DNA of 64,000 nucleotides from Convolutriloba macropyga (GCF_964194025.1 NC_134475.1:50778001-50842000); one strand, 5' to 3'; numbered from the stretch's first letter, positions 40,160 to 53,292 are shown. Program-made: numbers and translations. The notes: generated by a model not told the origin, from the letters alone.

Positions 40160-41620
40160 CTGGTTAGCGGTTTTATCTTCTATCTATTGGTTATATGACT
40201 TCAATGACAAAAAATTTCAATTTTTTAAAATTTTTTTTGGATTTTTACGTATTATTGGTTACTTTTGAAATCTTATCACATTATCCAAATATTGACAGTT
40301 CCCATTAGCTTAAAAACGATGTTCTGTGGATGACCAATAAAAATTTTAAACAAAAATTTATGGTTTAAATGGCTTCGACACGTTCTTCTTGCACTTTTCT
40401 ACTGATTTTTTGGTTTTCTCCTGTTTTTTTTTTGTTGTTTTAATAGTCATTATACTTACTGTGATCTCATAATGAATACCTATGCATGACAAACATAAAT
40501 GTACTGCCACCGGGGCATCTTTGAGCGTTTTTATTGACTTCCGTTGAAAGCTATTGAATTTAATGTCTGTTAAAATAAAAATCATTTTTCGAAAATTTTA
40601 TTTGAACAATAACAATTCCTAAATTTTTCTTGAACTGTTAGTGAGTTTCAGTATTGACTGGACCCACTTGCTTTTTACTGCGACTAAAAATATTCTGTTT
40701 AGCTGTTTTATCTTCTAGCTATTGGTTATATGACTTCAATGACAAAGATTTCAATTTTTTTTTAATTTTTTTTTTGGATTTTTTGAATTATTGGTCACTT
40801 TTGAACTCTTTATCACATTATCCAAAGATTATTGTAATCCAATTGGCTTAGAGAGGACGTTCAGTGGATCACAGAGAAAGTTTTCAGAGAATAGCTAATG
40901 GTTTAATTGTCTTCGACACTTTCTTCTCGCATTTTTCTACTGAATTTTAGTTTTTGCTGTTTTTGTTATTGTTTTCTGTCATAAGACTTATTGTGATGTC
41001 TTTCTAACTATCTATGCATGACAGACATCATTTTCCTCCCTATGGGTTATATCTGAGCATCGTCATTGAGCTCCGATGAAAGATTGAGTTTACTGGCTGT
41101 TAAGGGTTTAAAAATAATTTTTCGAAACTTTTTTGAAATTCAACCATTCCTAATTTTTTTTCGTGAATACTCTTGGTCATTGTTGGTTCTAACAGAATCC
41201 ATTTCCGTTCTACTATAGCCAAAATTAATCTGGTTAGCGGTTTTATCTTCTACCTATTAGTTTTAAAACATCAATGCCACGAGAATTCATATTTTTTTTG
41301 GGTACTTTATTTTGTTTTTCGATCCTTTTGAAATCTTATCACATCATCTTACTGCTGAGAGTCCCTATTGGTTTAGGGAAGAAGTTCAACGGATCATAAA
41401 TAAAGTTTTCAGGGAAGAGCTTATGATTTGAGTTGCTTCGACATTTTCTTCAGGCACTTTTCTACTGAATTTGTGGTTTTTGCCTCTCTCTGTTGTTGTT
41501 TTCATAGTCATTAACTTGTTGTAAGGTCTTATTGATGAAATACGATTGGCAAAAAAACTTATTGTCCCCTCGAGGCATCATTTATTGTATATACTGGCTT
41601 CCGTTGAAGGCTAATGAATT
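40160..41620. repeat. Three degenerate tandem copies of a ~535-bp unit in intron 1
   Basis: (g/t)ttagc(g/t)gttttatcttcta.ctatt.gtt at ~40161, ~40697 and ~41231, with colinear downstream cttcgaca...tttctactga motifs. Confidence 0.75.
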
Positions 41621-43281
41621 TAATGGCGTTGATAATACGTGTTTTCCCGCAATTTTCGTGCGTCTAATGTATTTGTTTATATTTGTTGATTTTTTGAAAT
41701 TATATTGATAAAAAAGGTTTTCCCATTGCTCCTGAAAAATTAATTTAAAATTGAAGAGTGTTTAGTGAAAAGTTCATTTTTTTAATGCCTTCGACCCTTT
41801 TGTCGCTCAATTTTTTTTCCTGAATTCGCTGTTTTTGTTCTTTAGGTAGCCGTAAATTGCTCACAGATCTCATAGGCTTGTAATTGAGGACTGAATGAAT
41901 GATGTTGCTCGAAACATTCAGTATATAGCGAATAGGTTCCTTTCGTCAAATTTAACTTCTATTCATCAATCAGATGTCCCATCGAATTTCGTGTATTTCA
42001 AGAAATAACATATATATTGATATTATGTGCCACTGTTGTTTCGTTTTTCTGAACGTTTATTGAATGGCCATTTTTTGCGTTTCTTTTTCTCTTCCTTCAG
42101 AACAATCGCGTAATAACAGATCCCAATGGTTTTTAAATGTGGCCCAAGTAAACTTATTTAATCTTTCAGTATAAATCCTTCAACTGAAATAGCAGAAATA
42201 ACAACTGAATTAAAAATACATATTCAGATGATAGCTATTGATTTTAATGGTAGCAAAGGTTTGTGTTTTCGCAAATCGTTTGTAATTTTTTGAGTTTCTC
42301 TTTAGTTTGTTTCTATGGCATAGTCTGACCACAGACGGGTGCTTTTGGTTTTGTAATGACTTTTTAGTAATTTATCAAGGATTTTTTTATTAAAAACCAA
42401 TGTTTTTTAAGATTTTTGAATTTTCTTGGTGCAAAAAATGTTGATTAATTTTTAAGTTTCGCCTCACTGTTCGTTCTTTTTGTCGGCTTGTTACCTAGTC
42501 TCGTTAAGAAAACTTTTCATCTGCTGTATAGTTAGTAAAAGGTAAACTTGTGTAGTTAAGGTTTTATCTGACTGCATTTTGACGTTGTTACCAGGTGCTT
42601 TTAAATTTAGATATTCATTTTTTGCCGCCAAAATTTTGTTGGTGCTATTTTTTTTTCTAGTCTCTTCAATGTCAGGTCACGTTGGTGCTGTAATGAAGCA
42701 TGGCATTAGTAATTCAATTAGTAGATAGAATGTGTAACGATTGTTTTAAACTCAAACATCTATTTTTGTTATCTCTTGATTTGGTTGACATTTTAGTCAA
42801 AAATGTAGATGAGCTCGGGTCGGAACATCATGTGCGAACGCACATTAACGAGCCGCCTTGTTCTTTTTAATAATTCTACTCAAATCAAACCGTTTTTTTT
42901 TATTCAAGGTTCTTTTTAAGTGACATCTCGGTAACGACGCTCTTTTTATCTGTAATGTTATGATCCACTTCGTAGCAAGGCACTTCGGTCCGTAACTGCG
43001 CATTGGCACGTATGATTGCTAGTCTTTTTTCAAATCTCAAACATGTAAATTCGAATAACCACAAGGTTAAAGTTACACGTTGTAATATTATAAATCAATC
43101 ATACTACATCTTTGCTTTGAATAACTAAATAAAAACTAAGGTTCAGTGTCCGGCTTGCGTGAACTATTTTGAAAACTTTAAAAGCCGTCAATTTTTATCC
43201 GTTGCAACTCGTCCAATTTCACAGACTCTAGGTAACAACATCATTTGCAGGGTAGGGGGTTGAAAAAGTTGCCTTCTACAG

Positions 43282-43624
43282 TGGGATCCTGCAGAATACG
43301 ATGGAATTGAGATACTTCGTTATGACCGGTTGTCAATTTGGACTCCGGACATTTTGCCATACAATGACGTAGGAACACACGACCAGGAGAAATACGACTT
43401 CACAATACCCCTTCTGGCTCGCTACACTGGAGAAGTTAACTGGCACCGTCCTGTAAACTTCGAGACCACTTGTTCCCTCGACGTCACAAACTTCCCTTTC
43501 GACACCCAGACATGCACTATAGAAATTGGCTCGTGGCAGTACAACAAATCAGACGTTAATGTGTCCTGTTTGAAACAAGCGGACCGGGATTTCTTTGTAA
43601 ATGACAGTTTGTGGGACCTTGAAA
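43282..43624 (+). CDS. nAChR-like subunit exon 2 (loop A, Cys-loop, loop B)
   Basis: Acceptor ccttctacag|, then WDPAEYDGI..IWTPDILPYN..CSLDVTNFPFDTQTC..GSWQY; donor GAAA|gtaaac, phase 1. Confidence 0.95.
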
Positions 43625-45937
43625 GTAAACACTTAAGACTTCTTACTTATATTGTTATGAGAAATTATATTGTAGTCAGCACCAGCGTTAACAAAAGTAC
43701 ATACAATACAGCCGGACGAAGTTTTATGCTTCAAAGTCTGCCTTAAAATAGCCTTAAAAACATAAAATAGCTGAAAGATTGCCTCAAAAAATGTGCAATA
43801 GCTGCGTACAGCTTCAGCCTAAAATACCAATGAAAGAATGAGACCCATTTTTTTCAAAATTCATTTTCCAAATAGTTTTTACTTATCTACATTTAGTTAA
43901 AGTAAAGCTTCACTCAAATAACTTCCAACTAGGTTCAGATATTCTCGATTTACCTCAACTCCTCGAATTAAAGTGAGCAAAAATCATTTAGAGAGGAAAA
44001 GTCATTTTTGAGAGCAAGGTAAGTCACGTCTGACCAAAACAACTAATCACGAAAATGAACAAAAAAAAACTTGCTTCAATAAGTTAAAAAAATAACGTCA
44101 CGCAAGCATTCAGTCAAAAGTTGCATGAATGAACAAAAACTGATTTGAAGTGAGCGTAACGTAATATGGTGATAACAAAACTGTGGAGATGAAAAAACAG
44201 CAGCGCACGTCCTGAACAACAATCTAGAGAATTAACAAGTGGCTCGATAATCAGCAATTTCTCAATATCAAAAAAACTTTGGTAGTCAAGAAACCATCAT
44301 CCTAAATACAAAAACAAACAAACAAATCTAAAAACAATTTAAAAACTTCCTTCTGCAATAACAAGAGTTGTCAAATTTATCAAAAAACATTACGAACATG
44401 TTATAAACTAAAAGGAAAAACGAGCCCTTAAAATGCATTCACCAAAAGTAAATAATATTTTTACTCACTCATGAACCATTAGGAAACAATGAGACTTGTT
44501 GCTAATGGGTCGGAGTTACAAGACAAAAAAAAACATGTGAAAGTTAAGAAAAACCCTCAGCAATCAACTGAGGACAATAAATGACTTTTCTAATATCTCA
44601 ATAGAACCAGCAACTGCGGTCACTAACTGTTAACACAACAAAACATACAACTTCAAAAAAAATCTCGGTTACTTTTATATAACCAATAGTGTTAAAGTTA
44701 TTAAAATTTACGAAAGAAAATTTACGAAATCTAAGCCTCATTAGCAAGCATCAAAGATACCAATTGATCAGACAACAACAAACACGGGCAAAATTTAAAA
44801 CCTTTCTAATACTGTATAACATATGGAGCGAAAATCACACAAAGCATTAGCTGCCCATTGAGAGATTAAGACGATTGTAATTGCTCATATTTAGAAAACC
44901 TTTTAATTTTAATAGCGGTTTTGTGAGAAGAAAATTCCCAAACAAAAACTCAAAATTCCAATCGCGAAGCAGTTTGAAAAAACCACTTAGAACTTATTCG
45001 CTTTTTTGCTCCATTTACTCCAGCGTGACTAAAATCTACACTCCAATTCGACTTGTCATTTAAATGAAAAAAAAATCGAAAGTGTGCACAGATCTCAAAA
45101 AAGTAGCTCACAGTCTGCCAAAATAGCTGATAAATAAAGTTTACAATGCGAACAGCAGCAGCGCTCAGCTCAATTAAAAGAATTATCACAAAAAGTCGAA
45201 ACAATCCATAGAAATTATTGGAATACCCAACAATTTTTATTTAAAAATCAAGTGTTTGCTGAAAATTTCATTTCAGTCGCCAAGTCTTAATTTTGCTAAC
45301 TCTTAACCAGCAATTATCCTTTATTGACATTGCAAGAAATTAGAGTCCTCTGAAACAACCTAAAAAACAAAGTCATTCAGATAGCTCACGAACAAAATTT
45401 CAGCTTAAAAAACCAGTAGAATGCCAACACTCCTCTTCAAATTGTAACAATACCACAGTAATATTATAATTGTTACAAACTTCGTTTGGGAGTAATTAAA
45501 AATACGGTACAACAATAAGCAATTAAAAAAATTCCGTGTCACAATTTTGAAAATTTTCAGTTTGTAAGCGAACATCATAACTAATTGAAATTCTTGATTA
45601 CAAAAGTTGCTTTCATCGACACAAATACCAATTTGACCACTGGAATCAATAAAAAACAAAATAACAGAAGCGGCACTATCATGATACATCTAAAGCTTTG
45701 TACAAGTCTCCAACTATAAATTTGATAAACTCATTTTAAATATCCTATTTTTCGAAATTTTCATCTGATCATTACGGACTCTAAAGAGCCCTGAAAGTCG
45801 TGCCATAATCACGACAGATCGTTTCTGCATGTTATATCTCGGTTGCAAACTTCAGTATAATGTTTTCACTGTTTCCTACACATTTTCACAATACTGAAGT
45901 TTTCTAGTTGAATCCACTAGATGGAATGAAATGAACA

Positions 45938-46285
45938 AACATAAACCGACTAATGTCGGAAGAATTGCTCTCAAACGACAGGCGGGTAGAAAACCAATTG
46001 ACCCCGCCGGGATCCGAACCACTGCCCTCCCAGATGAACTGACCACTCGGCTATCGGGCTCTTATTTTTGCTATGCTGCAACCGACTTTATATTAGCAAC
46101 AACCTTACTTCGAAGTGAGATCAATAGAGATCTCTCAAAAATGAAGAACGAAAGCATGAAAAGTCACTTGAGAAGTCAAAGAAGGTTCTAGAAGAAAAGC
46201 GCAAAATGGTCAAGCGCAAAGTTTGCATTAAAAAACAACACGTTTACAATAATTGCAATGAACTTCGTTCAAGAGCCATTAAAAA
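45938..46285 (-). mobile_element. Family A copy carrying a tRNA-like core
   Basis: Hairpin ccgac-taat-gtcgg plus aattgctctcaaacga at the left end; degenerate right arm ending aagagccattaaaaaa. Confidence 0.5.
45998..46061 (-). pseudogene. tRNA-derived fragment / SINE head
   Basis: Minus strand reads gagcccgaTAGCCGAGTGGtcagttcatctgggagggcagtGGTTCGGATCCcggcggggtca: Pol III A and B boxes, anticodon arm apparently deleted. Confidence 0.6.
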
Positions 46286-47009
46286 ATTCGAGTTTTGGGG
46301 AATCGTTATGTCTACAGTACTTTCAAAAAACAAATTTTCATTCTGAGATACATACTTTTTCTCAACACTTCGTATAAATACGATTTAATGTATGAACATT
46401 CTTTTCTGCAGCCAAATGAAATATTATACAGAATCTGACACGATTAAAGCGAATTTTGAAAACTTCAAATTCTCGCAATTTCGATGAGGGAAACACTAAA
46501 TTTTTTAGGTCTCTCCAAACTCCCTTCCTTATAGTAACACAAATAGCCTATTGTTTTATAAGTCAGGGAAGGCAAACTAACTACTGGTAGAATTTCATGA
46601 AGTATGCAATAAGAATAAGAAGAGGAAGAAAAATATTTGGAAAACTAACTTGGCGGAAGCACTTCTGGCCTATGCTCTTAATCTGACATTTGGCCTATGC
46701 TCTTGATAAGTCATCTGGCTGTTTACAGTAAAGTTTTTTACAGTCAAAAATATTTAGAGTAACTAAAAAACAATTTTTAATATCAATTGATTGACTAACG
46801 ATAGAGAATTGGGGTGGTAAAAAAAAATAATTTAGAAAAAACAGCAAAGATAGTTACAGCTGTCTGAAAACCAGATTTTACACATTTTCAGAAATAATCA
46901 ATTGTTGACTAACATCCAACGCTTACAGAAAACAAAATTTAATCTTTACCTAGAAATAATTATAAATTCTTCCTAACTACGGAGCTTCTTGAGTCAAATT
47001 TGATTTCAG

Positions 47010-47608
47010 GCGTAGAGTGTAAGGACATTTCACATGAGTACACGAATGGAATTTTCGGACTGGTCCATCTTACAGTCATATTCAAACGTCTTTCAAAGTT
47101 CTACGTTCAAAACCTAATCCTCCCAAATGCAGTCCTCCTATCCCTGTGTACCCTAACATTTTTCATTCCGGGAGAGATTGGGGAAAAGGTCAGCTTTGGA
47201 GTTACGGTCACATTGGCTCTCTGCGTGAACTTGATGATAGTTACGGACTTTGTACCGCAAACATCTAAAACGTTTCCCAAAATTTGCACTTATTTCCTGC
47301 TCAGCATAGTGCTGTCGTGTTTATCCTTACTGATAGCTACCTTGTCGATTAATGTCAAACCGAAACAGATTCAGGAGAAAACATACGAAATATCAACCCT
47401 AACATCTCAGAATGGATATGCCTCTCACGAAAGAAATGGATCTTCGCTTCCAGGCGAAATAGAAGACAAAAATTCATATATTCAACGTCAAGCAATAAAA
47501 CTATTATCCAAAATTACCAGGAAAAGGCTAGATATGCTTTTGGGAGTCATATATTTGACCGGGACTCTTCTGTTTACACTACTGTTTGTAAACTCAATGA
47601 TCAATTAA
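47010..47608 (+). CDS. nAChR-like subunit exon 3 (loop C, M1-M4, stop)
   Basis: Acceptor tttgatttcag|, then FKRLSKFYVQNLILP (pre-M1), GEKVSFGVTVTLALCV (M2), PQTSKTFPKI, M3 and RLDMLLG (M4). The three exons total 1236 nt = 411 aa + stop. Confidence 0.95.
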
Positions 47609-47705
47609 AATTTACAGAAACCTATTAGGGTTTTTTATTTTAAAAATCGATTTATATCAGCCAACTATTGTATAGTACTTCATTGCATGGATATTATTCG
47701 ATTGT

Positions 47706-47711
47706 AATAAA
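47706..47711 (+). promoter_or_regulatory. Putative polyadenylation signal of the nAChR-like gene
   Basis: AATAAA ~100 nt after the stop, followed by T-rich sequence. Confidence 0.45.
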
Positions 47712-48129
47712 TTTACATTTTTAATATCCATTCTTTTCTAACATTTATTTCTTGTTGGGATCTATTCTACCCCCCCCCCTTGTTACAAATCATGTATTGT
47801 CATACAGCACGTTACTATGTAAATAATTAGCACGTGCGCCTGTTGGGCGTATAAGATATATATACACACTAAGCTGGGGGGAGGGGGGCAGAACAGATGC
47901 TCATGCTGATATCTGATTTTGTTGTCTGAAGGGCACGATCTCAGTTTAGTATATCCACGACGTTCTTTTTTCAGGTCAAATCAGCTCACATGTACTTAGT
48001 AGTAGTAGAACATGCCGATATATGCGGAGAAACATCGAGGTCTCATAGCTAGATTATTTTCACGTTGTGTGGTTTTGAATCAATATTACCGTTCACTTGA
48101 TGACACTTTTCCATTTCGAAAGGGGGGAG

Positions 48130-49644
48130 CAAGTCAACTGATATGTATATTTATAAATCCTGACAGTAGTAAAACATTTAAGCATCAGAAAAGAAGGATA
48201 GACAAAGTCACAAGCATCAGAAGTATAATCAATACAGATATGATAAAGGGCAATGAAGATATAATGTGCAGTTATTTTGAATCAGAAAAAGAAAATTATC
48301 GAAACTTTTAGGACAAAAGCCTCCATTCCTCTACAATGGTTCCTATTGACGCTTGGCCCATGGAGGCAAAGTATGGAGCTTCGCAAAAGTGCGAAATTTA
48401 TTTTTTGTCCAAAATTACATGTGAATATGAAAGTACAAGTCACCTCCGAATATGAATCTACTTTCTTATCGCTGATCCTGGAAGCCAATCTCTGTATGGT
48501 GTTCGAATTTGCCGGACCGGCTCCTCCTGTGCATGAGGAGCTTATTGCAAAGAACATGGCTTTCTCGACATCGGTTATCCTTTGCTCGTATTTCAGCATA
48601 TTGAGGGAATCGTGATAATTTTAGGCAATCGGAATCCGGTATGTTTCTAGGGCAAATCTTAGCATACGGATTAAAGACCTTGACGTCAGAATGTTCTGCT
48701 GAATCGTAATTCGGGGAAGCCATAAACTTTGACAACCAGTAGAGAGTCGTCATCAGCAGTAGTACTTCTATTTGCGATGGTTTCACGCTGCAAAATCTGA
48801 AGACAGGTATCTAATTCAATATCATCGCAAACCTCATTGAAAAGGCTGGCAAAAGAGTCACCGATGTCATTAAATCTGATGTGTGAATAGCCAGCCACCT
48901 TTCGGGCTATGAGGAGCATGCGCTACATTAATTCTCAACATGCGCATGTTGATGGCAATTTTTGAGTTTCCTATCAATATCTAAAGGCAATTTCAACTCT
49001 AAACTCACCCTTGGTTAAATGGAAAAGATTTGTTTTCGATGGAAGTGCGTTTCCAAAGCATGACGCTTCTTTTCCATAGCCAATTCTAGAGCCTTAACTT
49101 CCCTTTCATTGAGAAAAAATTTAATCGCCGACGTTTTGGTTAGAGCTTGTTCTTGATTTTTGTTTCTGATTTTCTGAAGAATTTTTTTTTCGATGAAATT
49201 CTGCATCTATAACGTTATGATTTTGTAACGGCACAGCGAAGCACTGATGACAAAACTTGACAAGCCCCTTAAGGACGCTCCACCACACAGAAAGGCAAAT
49301 CATCAGCATAACTATTTAATGTGAGCAAAACCTTGATAAGTTTTATCAAAATCGTTACTCGTAAACAACCACTGCAACCTCTGAGACATGTATTTTCTTA
49401 TTAAATAGAGGATTTCACGTGACAATGATCAGTTTTGTCCGCGGGTGTCTCTCAACAAAATGGCTTTGTTAACCGACTCTGGTATGGACAGTGTGATCCT
49501 GGCGGCACAATGTACAAAATTTTGCGAAAAGACTTCTTCTGAGAGAGGATGTGAAACAGAGATCCAGAACCTTACGAAACAAAATTGCATTGAGGCCTCA
49601 GATTCAACCCCAATGACCCGAATTCAGCGAAACGTGCTGCAATC
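48130..49644 (-). mobile_element. Decayed CRE/NeSL-like (restriction-like endonuclease) non-LTR retrotransposon 3' part, copy 1
   Basis: Fragments GYSHIRFNDIGDSFASLFNEVCDDIELDTCLQILQRE, DVKVFNPYA and LKYEQRITDVEKAMF..SCTGGAGP match the RHN..RD / D..V.NP / K..KY endonuclease region. Confidence 0.7.
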
Positions 49645-50079
49645 AGACAAAAAGAGATAATCAAGGGAACCCCTACTTCACTCGCATTGAGTATTAGATT
49701 GCTAACTTTTCATTTGTCTTCCAATATCCTGTCACTTAACACTAATTGATATTGAGAATTAGAACAAAATAGGAAGACATGAGTTAATTTATAAACAAAA
49801 ATAATATTAAAATTCAGTCATAAAGGAGGTATGAACCACCCAATGGAGGGAACAGGGAGGACTCACTGCAAGCATCACAACAGCGATTAAAATTACGAGA
49901 AAGAAACTTTCTGCATTTTGAACTTACAGCAATATGTTAGGCTCTTTGCGCAGTTTAAAAGCCTTAACAAATGCTACACTATTTAGGTGTCAACGCTTGC
50001 CTTCCGCACAACAATAAAAGACTTATTTAGAAGAAAGCCCCTCCTCTATTAAGTAGTCGGAAAACTTGGGGGGGGTGCA

Positions 50080-51800
50080 GCAAGTGAACTGATATGCATA
50101 TTTATAAATCCTGACAGTAGTAAAATATTTAAGCATCAGAAAAGAAGGATAGTCAGAGTGACAAGCATCAGAAGTATAATCAATACAGATGTGATATATG
50201 ATAAAGAGCAATGAAGATATAATGTGCAGTCATTTTGAATGAGAAACAGAAAAAAATTATCGAAACTTTTAGGACAACTGCCTCCATTCCTCAAAAATAA
50301 TTCCTTTTGACGCATGGCCCATAGAGACAAAGTATGGAGCTTCGCAAAAGTGCGAAACTTATTTTTGGTCAAAAGTACATGTTCCACTCCGAATTTGAAT
50401 CTAATTTCTTATCGCTGATCCTGAAAGCCAATCTCTGTATGGTGTTTGATGCTGCCGGACCGGCTCCTCCTGTGCACGAAGAGACTGACGCACAAAAATG
50501 GCTTTCTTGACATCGGTTATCTTTTGCTCGTATTTCAGTTTATTGATTGAATCGTGATATTTTTAGGCAATCGGAATCCGGTGTTTTTCTTGGGCAAATC
50601 TTACCATACGGATTAAATACTTTCACGTCAGAATGTTCTGCTGAATCATAATTCGGGAAAGCCATAAACTTTGACATCTAGTAGAGAGTCCTCATCAGTA
50701 GTAGTACTTCTATTTGCGATGGTTTCACCCTGCAAAATCTGAAGAGAGGTATCTAATCCAACATCCTCCTAAAACTCGTTGAGAAGGTTGGCAAAAGAGT
50801 CGCCAATGTCATTAAATCTGATGTGTGTATAGCCACCTTTTGGGCTATGAGGAGCATGCGATACATTAATTCTCTACATGTTCATGTTGATGTCAATTTT
50901 TTAAGTATCCTATCAATATCTAAGGACAATTTCAACTCTAAACTCACCCTTGGTTAAATCAAAAAGATTTGTTTTCGATGGAAGTGCGTTTCGACAGCAT
51001 GATGCTTCTTTTCCATAGCAAGTTCTGTAGCATTAACTTCCCTTTCATTGAGAAAATAATTAATCGCCGTCGTTTTCTTTAGAGCTTGTTCTCGATTTTT
51101 TTTCTGATTTTCTGAAGAATTTTTTTTCGACGAAATTCTGCATCTATAACGTTATGATTTTGTAACGGCATAGCGAAGCACTGATGACAAAACTTGACAA
51201 GCCCCTTAAGGACGCTCCGCCACACCTAAAGGCAAATCATCAGCATAACTATTTAATGTGAGCAAAATCTTGATAAGTTTTATCAAAATCGTTACTCGTT
51301 AGAACCACGGCAACCTCTGAGACATGTATTTTCTTATTAAATAGAGGATTTCACGTGACAATGATCAGTTTTGTCCGCGGGTGTCTCTCAACAAAAGGTC
51401 TTTGTTAACCGACTCTGGTATGGACTGTGATCCTGGCGGCACAACGTACAAAATTTTGCGAAAAGACTTCTTCTGAGAGAGGATTTGAAACATAAATCCA
51501 GAACCTTACGAAACACAATTGCATTGAGGCCTCAGTTTCAACCCCAATCACCCAAATTCAGTGAAGCGTGCCGCAATCCTATCTGAACCGAAGTTGATTC
51601 AGCCGCAAATCAGTTATCGTTCACAAGGTAATTCCCTGGGGAAATAACTAAAACCCCGGATTCCGAATTGCCCGCATTAAAAAGCTGGTTGATATTTTTC
51701 TCAGTCTTAAAAACCAAATCACTGCCATCTTTTATCCGCAGTAAAAAAACACCAATAACGTTGAACAAAATTTAGTGCATATAAACCAACATCGTCAAAA
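50080..51800 (-). mobile_element. Decayed CRE-like retrotransposon, tandem copy 2 (50080-51578 duplicates copy 1)
   Basis: Colinear with 48130-49644 at an offset of ~1.94 kb; extends somewhat further towards the element 5' end. Confidence 0.7.
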
Positions 51801-52184
51801 AGCAAAATCCTTCGTTAAATATAACAAGGAACGGACCGAAGATTTGTCATAGAAAACAATACAAAGGGATAAACGAACAGAAGTTCATCAACACAATCCT
51901 CAGACATATAGAGCAACCTGGAGGATGGTTCAAAAAAACTTTCTATCTCAACAAAAACTAATTAAAAAAATTGAATAATCGAGCAGCCGAGTTCCTATAA
52001 GCAAGCCGGCTTTGTCAAAATCCTTGTTGACAGCCTTCAAGGCTGCACCAAAATGTTAGTTTCCCTCACGTATTTGAAATAGATGAAGTTAAACATGAGT
52101 CTAAATGCTAAGCTTTGGATTAAACATCAACACAATCCTCTTAGTGACTTAGGTGATTGTAAGAAGCGATTTAGGTCATTGTTG

Positions 52185-52857
52185 AAATCCAAATGACCGG
52201 GACCTGACCAAATCTACTCAATGGTTTTGAACGAAGGAGCCGATAACCTAAGCGAGCCGGTGGCATTAATCTTCAGGAAATCACTGCAAGAAAGAAAGCA
52301 ACCAGACGATTGGAAGAAGGCCTCAATAACAGCCACCTTCAAGAAAGGTGACAAGAAGCTTGAGAACTACCAACCAGTGAGCCTGACCAGTATAATATGC
52401 AAGATACTAGAGGGCAAAATATGGAACGTTTTAATTGAAGAAATGATGTAGAATGACCTTTTCTCATGTGGACAGTTCGACTTCTTCTCTAATAGATCGA
52501 CTACGCTGGTGGTGGAAGACTGGACATAAAAGCTTGATCGTGGAGAAAACATAAACTGCATCTATACAGACTTCAGGAAAGCGTTTCACAAAGTACATCA
52601 CGAAAGACTTCTCGCCAAGGTATGGCAATACGGGATTTGAGGACGAATGTACAACTGGATAAAAGACTGCCTGTCACAACGCACTCAGCAGGTGAGTGTC
52701 CACGGCAAGAAGTCAAGACCTGCCCTTGTAACCAGCGGGATACCTCAGGGAAGCGTACTAGGACCCCTGCTATTCGTCATTTTCATTAATGACTTGCCCA
52801 AAGTGGTTGATAGCACAATGCTCATGTTCGCATATGACACAAAAATCTATGGAAGAA
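52185..52857 (+). mobile_element. CR1/L2-like LINE RT, 5' part (interrupted)
   Basis: GPDQI, PDDWKKASITATFKKG, NYQPVSLTSIICKILE, IYTDFRKAF, VTSGIPQGSVLGPLLFVIFINDLP, MFAYDTKIYGR. Confidence 0.9.
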
Positions 52858-52904
52858 TGTAAAAGAAACCAATTTGTCAAATTAAAATTACTTCCAATAC
52901 TTAA

Positions 52905-52941
52905 AACAAACGTTTTCGAACTTTACGTTCATCGTCAGGTT
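52905..52941 (-). ncRNA. Minimal type I hammerhead ribozyme in the Penelope repeat
   Basis: aac-CUGACGA-u-gaac-guaaa-guuc-GAAA-acgu-UU-guu: both core boxes, stem II, palindromic stem III (AACGUU) and a 3-bp stem I. Confidence 0.7.
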
Positions 52942-53292
52942 AAAACTGTTTTACAAATTGTTAAAAGATAAAATGAATATGTATTTACATTTGTCTGAGA
53001 TGACAATTAAAACAATTCTAGGAAACATTCTAAAAAATTCAATCGAAAATTTTTCATTATGTACAATATTTAGCCTATTTACAACACATATTTCCATCTG
53101 TTATCAATTTACTTAAAAACATTCCTATTCCGGATTTTTCGATTTTGTCCATGTTCTTGTATTTTTAGGGTTATTCCGAATTTGCCCTAACCATAAGTAT
53201 CCCTCTTGTGGAGGTTTTGCAAATTTCGTTTTGTCATGCACAAAATGTTTTTTGCCCTATGCATTCACATTTAGTCAAAATTATGATTTGAA

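Noticed and set aside
45998-46061. Functional tRNA gene
   Set aside because: Too short, no anticodon arm, mismatched acceptor stem.
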